Shown here in pieces: positions 10,729 through 23,052 of a stretch of DNA of 64,000 bases (positions are counted from its first letter, which is position 1; each line of letters starts with the position of its first letter). The position numbers and the translations under genes were made by a program. A model generated the notes under the pieces. It did not search any database. It was given only the letters and a program-made list of their open reading frames with translations, and was not told the origin of the DNA. The DNA comes from Rebecca billardiae RCC1528. Its lineage: Eukaryota; Protista; Haptophyta. Location of the stretch: contig OZ251232.1 in the NCBI GenBank assembly GCA_965240325.2, positions 2,232,001-2,296,000 on the forward strand, written 5' to 3'.

Positions 10729-13718
10729 GCGGCGGCGACGGCGGCGACGGCGGCGGCGGCGCGAGCGACCGGGCGAGCGCCGATCGCGCGCGGATGGCCG
10801 CGCACCTCCGCGCCGTGGTCAGCACGGCGAACGACCTCGCGCGCGCGCCGCGCGAGCTGTGCACGCTCTCAGCGGTGCAAGCGATGGCGGCGGAGATTGG
10901 CGCGGACGGCGCGGCGGGTGCAGAGGCGGACGGGGCCGCGGGCGCGTCCGACGCGAGCGCCGCCGCCGTGCGCAACGACGTGCGCCAGCTCGTGCGCTGC
11001 GTGAGCACCGACTCGTGCTCGAGCGCGGCCGCGCGCGCCGCGAGCCGCACGCTCGTCCGCAGCGTAAGCTCTCTGCTCGAGCGCTTTGCTGCTGACGGGT
11101 CCGGGGGGTCCGGGGGGTCCGGGGCGCTGTTCACGGAGCAGGTGGTCGCGGCCGCGTCGATGGGCGCGGAGGCGCTGATGCGCTTCCTCGGGCGCGAGGC
11201 GCTCGAGGGCGCGCTCGACCTCTCCGCCACCCTCTCAGCCGAGCCGCGCCCCAGCGGCCACGGCCCGGGCGCAATCTCGCGTGATCTCGCCGGCCCGGCG
11301 GACGGCGTGGGACGGCGCACGCACACGCCGGACGAGATCTACGCGGCGCTCACCGACGCGATGGCCGCCGCCGCCAGCACCGGCACCCAGCTGCGGCCCG
11401 AGGAGGCGGAGCGTGGGCGCGCGCTGCGCACGCGCCTTCGGCTCCGCGCCGCCAAGCAGCGGCGCGCGAGCGTGCGGCGCAGTGGCGGCGGCGGCAGCGG
11501 CGGCGTGGCCAGCGGTGGCGTGGCCGCCACGCCGGCCGGCAGTGTGCGCGCGGCGATGAAGAGCGCGCTCGAGGCGACGGCATCCGCGCGCTCGACCCGC
11601 GCGCCACGCCCGGCCAGTGCGCCGCGCTCGCCGGCGGCCACAGCGCCGCCCGCGGGCGCCGAACCTGGCACGCTCGGCGGCGCGCGCGCCCCGGGCGCAA
11701 GCGCCACCGCCGCGAGCGGTACGCCGCCCGCCGAGAAGGCCGCGCCACGTGCTTCCGGGCGGTGGCCGCTGCCCGAGCCCGCGGCGCAGCAGCCCTCGCC
11801 CCCTTTGCAGCACCCGCCCCCGAGCGGCGAGTTGGCGCAGCCGCCCGCTCCGCAACCGGCGCGCAGCCCGGCGCGCGCGCACATCGAGCGAGCGCGCGCC
11901 TTCGCCGCCGGCTCCGGGGCGGAGGTGGAGGCGGAGGCGACGGCGGCGCAGCACGGAGCGGTGGGCAGGGCGACGGCGGACGCCGGCGCGTGGGCGGATG
12001 CGCAGCCCAGCGCGGGCGCTCCGGACAGCGTCGACGCGCGATTCGCGGGCGCCGGGGGCGGTGGTGCTGACCGCCAAGGGCCGTGCGCGGGGCACGCACC
12101 AGGCTCGGCGAGCGGCTCGCACGCGCCGGCGGCGCGCGGCACCGAGGCGGGCGCCGACGGCGCGGGCAGCGAGGGCGACGACGGCCCGAGCGCGCCCCTC
12201 GCCGACCTTGCCCTCCTCAGCGTGCCGCGGCTCCCGCGGCGCTCGACAGACCGACGCAACCCTCTCATGCTGTCGAACATTTTCGAAGATTCCGAAAAGA
12301 GCGTCTTCAGCCGCGCGCCGCAGCGCACCAGCACCGCCGTGGCCGACGAGGCGGACGCGGAGGAGCCACCGGGGGCGCAGCACGGGGCGCCGGCCGCGTG
12401 CGCGGCGGAGCACGCGGGGGCACACGGCGCGGCGGCAGTTGCGCGCTCAGCACCGCCCGAGCGCGCGCGCTCAGCGCCGCGGGCGCGCGAGGGCGGCGCC
12501 GGCGCCGCTGCGCCACCCACTTCCGCCTCGGCCGGCCCCTGGGTGCGGCCATCGTCTGCAGCGTCCGCGTGCGGCGGCTCCGGCCGCCCGCCGAGCTCGC
12601 CGAGCAAGTGCGCGTCCTCGGCGGGCAGCTCGCCGCAGCCGCCGCACGCGAGCGCGGCGCACGGCGCGGCGCGCCCGGAGCCGCGCGCCGCGTCGGCGCG
12701 CGCCGCGCGTCACTCATGGCACCCTCACACAGCCGACGACTCCGACAGCGAGCAGCCCGCGGCCGATGCGCCGAGGCCGCTGCACCGGCAAGGGAGCGTG
12801 GGCGCACGCCGCGTTTCGCCCTCGCCGATGGGCGGCGCTGGCTCGCTCCCCGCCCTCGCACGTCCGCAGAGCGCGCGCGCCGCGACGCCGGCCCCTGCGC
12901 CAGGCGTCGGCGGCGCGCCGCCGCCTTTGGCCGGCGGCCGCGCTATCTCTGTGTGGCAGTTCGGAGGCGGCGGCGGCGGGGCGCCTGCGCCAGTCCCGGG
13001 CTCCATCCCCGCCATGCGCGCGCGCCACCTCCCGACCCGGCACGGCACCACGAGCGCCGCGAGCGCCGCCCCCTCGGTGCCCCCGCCGCCCATCGCGCCG
13101 CCGAGCGCTGGCTTCAGGGGAGGAAGTCGCCCAACCTCCCCCGCGCGCGGCGCCGGTGGCGGTGGCGGCTTTGGCGGCGGCGGGGCCAGCAGCAGCAGCT
13201 TCTCCGGCCGCACCGCCGCGCACCGGTACACGGGCGACGGCGCCGCGCCGGGCTCGACAGCCGGCGCCGAGTCCATCGGCACGCGCTCACGGCGCACGAG
13301 CGAGAAGGCCGGCGACGGCCGCGCCGAGCGCGCCGCCGGCCGCGGCAGTCCGGAGGCGAGTTGGAAGGCGGTGCACGAGCAGCTGGGCGCAGAGCTGATC
13401 GGGATCTTTGGCAGCACGTCGTCGGCCGAGCCGGCGGCGGTGGACGGCGGCGGCGCGTCGGGGGGGCCGCCGTCGCCGGCCAAGATGCCGCCGCCGCCCT
13501 CCGGTGGCGCGAGGATGCAGGCACTCCCGCCGAGGCGGCCACATCGCTCGTCCGCGCCCGGCTTCACGCCTTTGGGCGCGGGCGCGGGCCGGACGCGACC
13601 CGTGAGCGCCGGGCCCGCCGCCCGCCGCGTGCATGCAGCAGCTGCTCACCAGCTGCAAGCCGCCGCCGGCCAGCAAGCGATGCCGCCGCCGCTGCCGCCG
13701 CCCGCTGCGCACGCATGA
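10008..13718 (+). CDS. Hypothetical protein with N-terminal EF-hand-like helical domain and a long disordered Ala/Pro/Ser/Gly-rich tail
   Basis: Long open frame (1253 aa in the track) with first ATG at 10008. The block FWQACG...MSQQQY...DDWASD...FCASLFELADVW...EADYVAFLSTLY resembles an EF-hand-like domain seen in algal/oomycete hypotheticals. Confidence 0.65.
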
Positions 13719-14850
13719 CAGCAGTGCAGTCGTGCTACGCGAACGGCGGGCCCGCCGAACGCAATCGCGCGGTCCGAACTCGGAGATTGGAGCCGCCTGC
13801 GCTTGCTGCTTGCTGGATATCAGAAAGGCTTGCACGCGGCAGCACGCTTGCGCCGTCGTATAGTTTTTATTGTGCCATACAATATGACGACGAGGCCCGC
13901 GGAAGTTCGAAAATAATAATAATAATATAATACACAGCGCAAGATTTCGGAAAAGATGTCGTTACGGGCCCCCCCCTGCACCCGCCCGCTCGCGGAAATT
14001 CAGCATGGCGACGCGCGGCGCGCTGAAGGGCGGGGAGCGTGCGCGCGCAGTCCCAGACTACCCCGACGAATTTCCCCGAGCGTCTCCCCATCGATCCAAG
14101 ACACCCCGCCCTGCCCACAGCTCGAGATCGGAACAGGTGCAGTTGAGGTCGCGTGCCGCGCGGGCGGCTCGGGCGCCAGTGCGCACCTTTTTTTATGGAT
14201 GGCCACAGAACACCCTTCTTCCTCGGTGAGGAGGCCATGCACGGCAGCCACAGGTGCGTATGCGTTCGACTGAAGCCTGATCCGCAGCCGGCTGCTGCTC
14301 CGAGCACGCACGCCGCTCGAGTTTGGAGCTGCGCGGCAAGCACTGGCTCCGAGGCGATGATGCCAGGCGTGTGGGGTCAGATCACTGCGATGGCGCGCGA
14401 GGAGGGCGGCGACTAGGCGTCGCCGCCCGGCGATAACGGCGGAAGTTGTTGCGGCCCCGCCTCTCGCGGCCCCGCCTGCAGCACTCCGCTTACGGCGTTC
14501 GTGTCCGCCGCCCAGATCGAGCCCTCATAGCGGATGCGGCTCGACGCCTCACACGGCGGGTGCAACCTGCAGCGCCGCCCCGCATGACCCAGCTGCCCGC
14601 GCGGCAGCTGCCGAGACCACGTGCCCGCGGCTCAACCCCTCGGTGTTGACCGCCGTCGTGTCACTACCGCCGCCTGGCCGTGCCGACTGCCCGCTGCCCT
14701 CACCCTTCCACCTCCCTGCTGCCCGTGCAAGCCGGAGCTCGCCACCAGCTGCCCGCACTCGTCGACGAGACGCCGATCGCTGGCCCGGCCCATTGCTCAT
14801 CGCCCGCCGCCCGCACGTCCGCGCCGCGGCGCCCGCCGCACGGCACGCAG

Positions 14851-15780
14851 CTCTCGGCGGCAAGCATTGCTGCCGTGGACGGCAGCGCCGACCTGCTCGC
14901 GATCCACGTTGCCGAACTGTCGGAGGCGAACGTGCGCAAGAGCTGCGAGCTGAGCGCCGTGCCGAGACTCGAGAAGCAGCTGCACGCGGAGCGCGCTGCA
15001 GCAGCCGAACGGACGGCGGCAGCCGCCGAGACGATGGCTGCACTTAGGGTGCTGCTCGGCGTGGCCGAGGCCAAGTGGCGCGCAGCCTCGGCCGATGCCG
15101 CCGCGAGCAAGCCTGCTCGGCAAACCGCTGCGTTCGCGCTTGCCGCTGCTGCTCGGCGTGAGGCGCGCGCGCACGTGGCCGAGCGCGCTGCCGCGCGCGA
15201 GGAAGGCGCGGAGGAGCTTGGGAGGCTCGAAGCGGACCTGGCTACTGCGCACGAGGTGACACGTGCGGCGTGCGGGCGCGCGTCCCATGCGCGTGCAAGC
15301 TCGAGCTCGCGCGCGAAGAACTTGGCGCCAAGCCTCCGCGCACGAGAGCGCGGCGGAGGCGGTGGCGGCGGTGCGGCGCACGAGCAGCGAGCAGCCGCGC
15401 CATCCAGTCGGACGAGCAGTGATGAAGTGCTTCAAAGCTCGGAGTCGGATTCACCGTTCACGTCGGTCACGGCCTGCCACGCAGCTGTCGGACTGAGTCC
15501 CGGTCCCGGTCATCGTCCGGCGCTGAGTCGTGACTCGGTCTCGTGGCAGCAGCCGCGCCCGGCGGCGCGCGCGGCCGGCGGGCTCGCGCGGCTCACGGGT
15601 AGTCTCAGTCGCCTGACCAAGTTAGAGTCGTGTTATCGACGAGTAGGACCGTACGTCGTGAGAGTCATCGCGGAGGCTGCTGAGTCAGCTGCGCCCGACC
15701 CGCTCCGCGCCTCCGGTCAGCCTCCGCGCCCGCGGCCGCCTCCGCCGCGGGGCCGGCCGATCGGGCGGTCAGCCGCGTAG
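14851..15780 (+). CDS. Probable terminal exon of a hypothetical coiled-coil protein; 5' exons unresolved
   Basis: Acceptor-like CACGCAG ending 14850, followed by Ala/Glu/Arg-rich helical sequence (LAIHVAELSEANVRKSCEL...LEKQLHAERAAAA). Confidence 0.35.
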   Translation, partial: LSAASIAAVDGSADLLAIHVAELSEANVRKSCELSAVPRLEKQLHAERAAAAERTAAAAETMAALRVLLGVAEAKWRAASADAAASKPARQTAAFALAAAARREARAHVAERAAAREEGAEELGRLEADLATAHEVTRAACGRASHARASSSSRAKNLAPSLRARERGGGGGGGAAHEQRAAAPSSRTSSDEVLQSSESDSPFTSVTACHAAVGLSPGPGHRPALSRDSVSWQQPRPAARAAGGLARLTGSLSRLTKLESCYRRVGPYVVRVIAEAAESAAPDPLRASGQPPRPRPPPPRGRPIGRSAA

Positions 15781-15890
15781 TCCACGACGAAACTCTCGTT
15801 CGTGACGTCCGACCGGTCGATCTGCGAGTAACCGGTACGTATAGTGTGAGCCGCCGTGCTGACTGCGTGACGCCGCGGCCGGGCCCGGGC

Positions 15891-15982
15891 GCGCGGGTGC
15901 CAGTAGCTATACTAGAGATACTAGCTAGGCCCCGGGTGCCAGTAGCTACTGGCACCCGGGCGGTAGCTACTGGCACCCGCGC
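15891..15982. repeat. Nested palindrome
   Basis: Perfect 30-bp palindrome CCCGGGTGCCAGTAGCTACTGGCACCCGGG (15931-15960) inside an outer inverted pair GCGCGGGTGCCAGTAGCTA / TAGCTACTGGCACCCGCGC. Confidence 0.9.
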
Positions 15983-16019
15983 CACCGGTGACCCGCCCTG
16001 CCTCGGCCGCGGCCGCTGC

Positions 16020-16860
16020 CATTGACCCGGCGGCGAGTGAGAGTCCCCGTCAGCTCTCATGATGGCCTCACGCGAGGATCGCGCCGGTACGGACCGCTGC
16101 GACGACTGGTGGCGCGCGCCGACTTCTGTCTGTCTCGTGCAGCGAGCGAGCCGCGGCGCCGGCGGCAGCGGCGGCAGCCGTCGCGCCGCCGACTGCTGCG
16201 CTGGCTGCTGCGGCGGCGGCGTCTGCGGCGGAGCTTCAACGGCGGCGAGCCGCGCGGCCCGCGCGGTCCGGGCACAGAGCGGCTGAGCTGTGACACGGGA
16301 TGCCGGACCGTCCCGCCGAGCGGCAACGGTCGTCACGGGCTGCACGTTGGGCTCGGACACGGCCGTGGTGAGGTTGACGAGAGCAAGTACGACCTCGCCG
16401 TTGTAGTGCATGAACTTGAGCGAGATGACCGCGCTGAACGAGCAGACCAAGTCTGTTCGGCACGCCTCGCCGCGTGCGTCGAGGCCGAGGAAGGCTGGGT
16501 TCTCAGGAACGGTACTGCAGGCGACGGTGCACACCGAGCGGACGTTCTGCTCCACCACCTCCATACCGCCGAGCGCGACGAACTCGGGCGCACACAGTGC
16601 CTCGCGCAGGAACGCAGCAGTCAAGCCGCTTGCCCCCGTGCCGGTCACGTCGCCGAGTCACGCCGCAGCCGCTCATGAATCTTGCGCACCTGCGCGACGA
16701 AGAGGGCGGCGCTGCACGCGGACATGCAGATAGCGAGGTGCGCGACGTGCAACGCGTTCATCGCCGTCGCCAGAGCGCTACCAGACCCACACATCGCCTG
16801 CCATGCCGCCTCGACCGCCTCGCGCGAGCTCCACAAACAGCGCGCTTCTGCCGCGCGAGC
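16020..16860 (-). CDS. Possible spliced hypothetical gene; boundaries uncertain
   Basis: Protein-like segments ALATAMNALHVAHLAICMSACSAALFVAQ and ALCAPEFVALGGMEVVEQNV...ISLKFMHYNGEVVLALVNL are separated by a CAG|GTGCGC donor-like site near 16690. Confidence 0.35.
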
Positions 16861-17542
16861 ACGCTCTGCTGTGTGATCTGGTTGGTGTACCGGTGAAAAT
16901 GCATCGAGGGGCCCTTCGTATGCGGCATTAGACCTCGCACGTCCTTCTCCCCGCCTTTCTTTCACGCCAAGTGTCTGCGCGCGCGGCGATCCGCGGCGGC
17001 GGGCAGATGCGGCCACATGCAGGCGAGCAGCAGAAAGGGCGCGCGTGCATGGTGAACGCGTCAGATGCAGGATACGCGATGCGCATTTTGGGCATCTACA
17101 CTCCGATCCCGCCCATCGCCACTTATTCGCCAGACCCGCATCTCCAAGGGGCTCGGCGCTGTGCGTGCCTCCGCGCGCGCGAATGTTCAAATCATGGCCG
17201 CGCGTGCAAACGGGGTGCAGGTGGACGATGGATGCGGCGGAGCGATTCCTGCGCCGCGCCGCAAATGCGGGGAACTGTATTGCGCAGCTGAATCGCACGC
17301 ACCATCGCGGCCCAGCCAAGCCGCTCGGTCCCAGGCCGACGCCAGCTGGCGACGTTCGTCGCGCGATGGGCGATTTCGACGACATCGCGACGCTCTCGAC
17401 CGAAGTCGACTCCGGCCGTCCGCCGGCCGCGTCCAACTGCCGGCGAGGGGGGGCCACTCGGCGGTTATCGATTTTTTTAATGGGTTCGCCGAATTAGCTT
17501 ACGGTCGTGGCTGGCGGGCGATCCTGCGCTGTGTATAATAAT

Positions 17543-17772
<230 letters not shown>

Positions 17773-18149
17773 CGGGCCGCCGGCCGCGCCGCTGCTGCGG
17801 GGGCCGCTGGGGCCCGGGGCGGGCGCCGGCGCGCGGGCCGCCTGCCTGTCCCGGCACCGCCCCGCCGCGCGGCGGCCGTGAGCCCCACTCCCAGCCAGCG
17901 CCGCTGCCGGCCGCTCCGGCACTCGGACTCCGGTCACAGACCGGTGGCTGCCGCGCCCTTGCCTTGGTGACGTCAGACGTACGGGCGGCGACGGCTTAGT
18001 CAGTTACTGAGTTAGGGAGATCACTAGTCCCGAATTCGGCCCGGATCGTCGGCCGCGCGTCGTCGATGAGTGAGAGGATGACATTCTCATTCTGCATTTA
18101 TTACTTGAAGCTTACTGCGCAGGTTAATCGGTACATCGGCAACTCAGAG

Positions 18150-18655
18150 TAGTTTATTACTGCTAATAAGAATAAGAGACGCACCGTCAGCTCCGTAGTC
18201 CGTGCCAGGCAGGCGAGAGTCGACGCCCGCCAACTGTCACCGCGCCCATGAAGCCGTCGCCGATGGTAGCGCCGTCGAAAGATTCGTTCAGCCGTCCGCC
18301 TGCGAGGCCTGGCCGAGGGCTGTGGCCGCCTCGCGGCGCGCCAGCGCCCGTCGTCCTCGCCCCACCGTCGGGGCCACAAAACGTCGTCGTCCGAACTCTC
18401 CCGCGGGCTGGGTGCCGATGCGAACAGCGCGCCGACAGGATGTAGTATGATGGAATGTGGAGCTCCACTGTCGGTTGGGGAAGGCGTGTATCAAGCGGCA
18501 TGACTGGGGTAGCTTATCACATAGAAGGCCTGGCCCTCAGGTGATATGTGAATGTGCCCCAATGTGGCGTGTCCGCCTCAAATAAGCTGAAAGCCCGGCG
18601 GCAGGCGGTTCCGTGTTGCCCGGAGGGTTCGCTGGCACCAGCTGCGAGGGCCGGG
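18150..18655 (-). mobile_element. Dispersed repeat family C (about 500 bp) ending in motif B; abuts the XopQ-like coding sequence
   Basis: Diverged reverse complement of about 63275-63995. Shared blocks include AAGCGGCATGACTGGGG, TAGCTTATCAC and CCATGAAGCCGTCGCCGAT. Confidence 0.8.
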
Positions 18656-21600
18656 GCGGGCACGCCTGGGCGCGCGTACGACGCGCAGCCTCACGAGTTC
18701 CGCCTGAGTGGCTTTGACGACGTCGACTCTGAACGCCTCGAGAACGGCGCGGCTCTCTTCGAGCGCACGCTGCGCGAGATGCCTCCCTGCTCGCTTACGG
18801 TCGTCTGCATCAGCAGCCTGCGCGATTTCGCCGACCAAATCCGCCTCAGCTCGAGCCTCGTGCTCAGCCGCGTGTGCGAGGTTGCGATCCAGGGCGGGCT
18901 TGAGCGTGATGCGGAGGAGAGGTGGGTTCCAGACTCGTCCGTGAACAACGGTGCGCGCACTCTGCAGCTGAGCAGCTCTTTTCCGCGCTCGCGCCCAACC
19001 AATGAACCACCAACCAACCAACCAACGACCGCCACTGACTGACACGCAACGTCGCATCTGACACCGCACACCCCGCTTCTGCCATCTTGCAGGTTTCGAC
19101 ATGGAGGGCGCGGCCGAGGTCTATGCGTTCTGCCTCACGCACGACATCCCGCTCTCCGTCGTGTCTCGTCACGCCGTGCCACTCCTCCCCATGCAGGTGC
19201 TGCCACAGCGAAGCGCCAACCAACCAACCACCACGGACGCGTGAGCCTCACTGAGCTCGCGCGTCGCAAGGCTGCAGCACTACCACACTGCTGCTACTCG
19301 TGCACAACACTGACCCGACTCGCCACCTCGCCCACGCGCGCCCGCGCCCTGCTGCCTGCTGTTCATGTAACATGTTGCTGCTGCCGTCCTTCCCGGCTGA
19401 TGATGCTGGCGCCGCACCACGCACAACGACGACTTTGCCACCACTTCCTACGCCATCGTCAAATCAACGACGTGCACGTATACAGCTCGCGCGGAGCTTC
19501 GCGACGCGCACGTCCGACGACATCATGTCGTACCTTGCGGACGCGCAGTTCCTCGGGCTCGAGGGCCTCTGGCAGAAGCTGTGCGCGGGCATGCTGCCCC
19601 CGCGATGCTCCAAGCGCTGGTACTTTGAGACCTTCTGCGGCGTGGCCGACGACAGCGCGTACGAGGCGGGCGGCTTTGAGGAGCTCGGCGACGACGCAGA
19701 CATCGAGAGCTATCTCGCGGGTTCCGTCAAGCCGTACGACGTGGTCGCGCTGATGAGCGTGCTGCCGCAGACCCGAGACTTCTTCCCGCCGCCGCAGAGC
19801 GCGACGCCTCCTCCGGCCGTCGCGCAGCCTCCCAGACCAGGGCATCTCCTGGGCAAACGGGCAGGCTCGCTGGCCGGCGCTGTCCTCCGGTCCTCCGACA
19901 GCGGCGCCATCGCCAAACCGACAAAACTCGGCGCGAGCAGCGCGCTGCGATGGTCGATGAACGATGTGCGGTCGGCGGCGGAGGTCCCTCCGCCGACAAG
20001 TCCCGGCGCTGACCGCACGCTGCGAAGGTCGATGAACGATGTGTGGGCGGCGGAGGTGCCCCCGCCCACGCCGCAGCGCCAGCGGCTGTACCTCGAGCCC
20101 GAGCACTGCATCGACGTATCCCACGTGCTCAAGCTGCTCCGCGACACGTATCACGAGGTCGTGCTGCTCGCGCATGACACGGCGGCCGCGCGGGCGGAGG
20201 CAGCTGCGGCGGCCGCACTCGACTCCGGCGTCGGCCGCGAGTCAGACGATGCTCCGTCAGCCCGGGCCTCGACATCGTCACCGACGTCGATGATGCTGGG
20301 CACGCCGGAATCCCTCGCGCAGGCGGAGACCGCGCTGCTCAAGCACGTGCAGCGGCAGCGGTGCGCGCAGCAGCAGCGCGTGGTCTCCGTACTGCAGCCC
20401 GCCGACGCGCGCCGCGAGCTGCGCGCGGAGCTGGGCACGCCGCCCCGCTTGAACAGCCGGGAGCGGTCTTTCGGCAGCAGCTCTCCCCAAAAGGCGGACA
20501 GGTTCCGCGGGCGGCACAGTACGGGCACGAGCCCGACAAGGAGCTCGCCGCTCCGCAGGGAGAGGCATCGCTCTGGCGCGCACACAGCGGGCAGCACCCC
20601 GGCGATGCGCTCACGGCTGCCTGCCCTCGAGCGGCAGTCCTCGAGCCCGGCCGGGCCGCAGCGCGACCGCAGCAGCAGCGCCGCCATCCACGAGCCGCCA
20701 TCGGCAGCCTCCTCGCTCTCAGATGCGCGGTGGTCGGAGCCGAGCGGGCGGACAAGCGGGGACAGCTCGCCCGGCCGCGCGCGCGCGCACAGCCGCCGGG
20801 GCCGGCGCACGCCGACGCAGGCGATGGCGCCGCCCTCGCCACCGGCCGGCAAGCTGCGCGCGGTGCCGGGCGGCGACGGTGCCGGTGCCGGCAAGGGCTG
20901 CGCGCCAGCAGCCCGTGAGCCGGCGCTGTGGCGCATGCCGGCCGAGCTCTCGGGCAGCGCGTGCTCGACGGGCACGCGCGACCGCCTCTCCAGCGCGGCG
21001 CAGAGCCTGGCCTCCTCCTACTCCTCGGTCGGTCTGGGTGGCACGCCCGCCACCGCCGCCACCAGGCCCGCGCTCTCGGCGCGCGCGCGCGAGCGGCGCG
21101 CCGAGCTGATTGAGTTCTTTGAGAAGATTCTCGACGAGGTGTCGCACGCGCAGCGGCGCGTGTCGATCGCGCTCGCGTTCGGCGGGATGGTGCTGCTCGC
21201 GGCGTCGTTCGGCGCGTACTGCGTCCTCGCAGTGCATGCCGCGTGGCCATCGCAGCAGCAGCAGGCCGCGGCGGCGCCATCGGCGGCGCCGAGCCAGTCG
21301 GGTGCGTGCTCCGAGGCGGCACCGTGCGACGGGTGGCGGTCGGGCTCCGCCCGCAGCGTGCTGGTGGCGCAGCTCGACGCGCTGAGCGTGTGCTACATGG
21401 CCGGGACCGTGCTAGCGCTCCTCGCGCTCCAGCCCACGCGCGCCTTTGTGCCGCCCATACGCCTCGCCGGCGCCGTGATGTGCCTTATCTACGCCTTTGC
21501 TGCAGGCTTCTCGGCCGCGCGTGTGTTCGCAGCCGCGATCGCGGGTCGCACCCAGCTCGGAGGCGCGGGCGTCCGCGACACGTCGCCGGGCGGCAGCGCG

Positions 21601-23052
21601 GCACCGGCCGCGCCCGGGATTCAGTGGGAGGACCTGTGGGTGGGCGGGGCATCCGCCGCCTGCCTCGTCTACGCCGCGCGCGCGCTGCTGCGCAGCGAGT
21701 GCGGCGCGCGCCCGCTCCTGCCGCGCGAGCAGCTCCGCGCACTGACGACTGTCCTGGGTGCGAGCACCTTTGCCGAGGTCGCGAGCGTGTTGGCGCGCCG
21801 CGCGGTGCTGGGCTGGACGCACGCGGTGGACGAGCCGCTGCTGGTGGGCACGACGTGGGCGCGCACGCTCGTCAAGGCCGGCTTCGCCGCGGTGCTCCTC
21901 AGCCCGAGCGCGCGCGCGCTCGTGCGCCGGCAGGTCGGCTACTGCTTCTGGCGCTCGGCCGCGGCGCGCGCGCCGTCCGCAGCGCGCAGGCGTCCACGCG
22001 TGTCGCCCGGACACCACGCGACGGCGGCGCTCGCGCCGCTCATTGGCTTCGGCCATGACCCCGACGCAGGCGGCACCGCGTCCTCTACGGCCGCGCTGGC
22101 CGCGCCCGAGGCCAGCTTCGTCGAGCTTACCGTACTCACTTCGTACTCACATTTCCGATCGATGGAGCTGGGCGAGGCAGCGATGGGCGCACTCCATGAC
22201 GCGTGGGCGCGCGAGGCGGCCGGGCTCGCGCCGACCGGCGGCGCGGCGGCGGCGGGCAAGGGCGCGGGCTGGAGCCCGAGCACCTCGCCGCTCCTTCGCA
22301 GCCGGCGCGCGGCGGCGCTCGACGACGTCGAGGCGGCCCTCGCCAACGGGCTGGATGTTGCCACTACCCCAGCCGCCGCCTCTGCCGCCGCGCACGGAAC
22401 AGCCGGCTGCGACGGCTTCGGCGCGGATATGTTCGTGGTGCACGCGGCGGCGGACGACGCTGCGGCGAAGGTGGAGGCGCTGCGCGCGTGGGTCGACCGC
22501 GAGCGCCGCGCGGCGCCCGAGCAGCCGCCTCTGCGCGCGTGGGTCGACACGATGTGCACGCGCCAAGCCGGCGGCGGCGGCAGCGCTGGCGGTGGCATTC
22601 GTCCAGAGCAGCGGCTTGCTCACGCGCTGGTCAGCATGCACCAGTGCCGCCGGCTGCTGCTGCTCGCGGGGCCGGCGTTCCCGGACTCGCTCGAGTGCGC
22701 CACCGCCGTGCACTCGTGGCAATGCCTCGGCCGCTCGCTCGACGACGTGAGTGTCGCGCTCGTCGTGCCTTCCGCCGAGCACGGCGGCGCGACCGCCAGA
22801 GCCGGCGGCGCGGACACGGCGTCCGCCGCGACCGCCGCCGCCGCGGCGCAGCAGATCCTCGCCGCGTTCGACACGTTTGCCGTGATGTACTGCACGCTGC
22901 CGCGCTCGGCGGAGGACGCGACGCGGCTCGTGCACGCCGTCGAGCTCGGCTCGCCCGCTGCGTACAACGAGGCGACGCGCGCGTGCGTGCCGCTCGTCGC
23001 CGCCGCGGTCGCCACCGACCAGGCCGAGCGGCGGACGGTCGGAGGTCCGTAG
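18655..23052 (+). CDS. Multidomain protein: XopQ/HopQ1-like nucleoside-hydrolase fold, about 6 TM helices and a degenerate TIR domain; 5' end missing or disrupted
   Basis: Exons about 18655-18950, 19093-19196 and 19486-23052 join in frame through GT-AG introns. They give VVCISSLRDF, VAIQGG, VNNGFDMEGAAEVY, IPLSVVSR, LEGLWQKLCAGMLP, WYFETF and KPYDVVALM. The C-terminal TIR-like region reads DMFVVH...KVEALRAW...WVDTMC...CRRLLLLAGPAF. Confidence 0.75.

Noticed and set aside
16640-16700. Antizyme-like programmed frameshift at ACG-TGA between overlapping minus-strand ORFs
   Set aside because: The downstream ORF is in the -1 rather than +1 frame, there is no antizyme similarity, and a splice donor explains the break.
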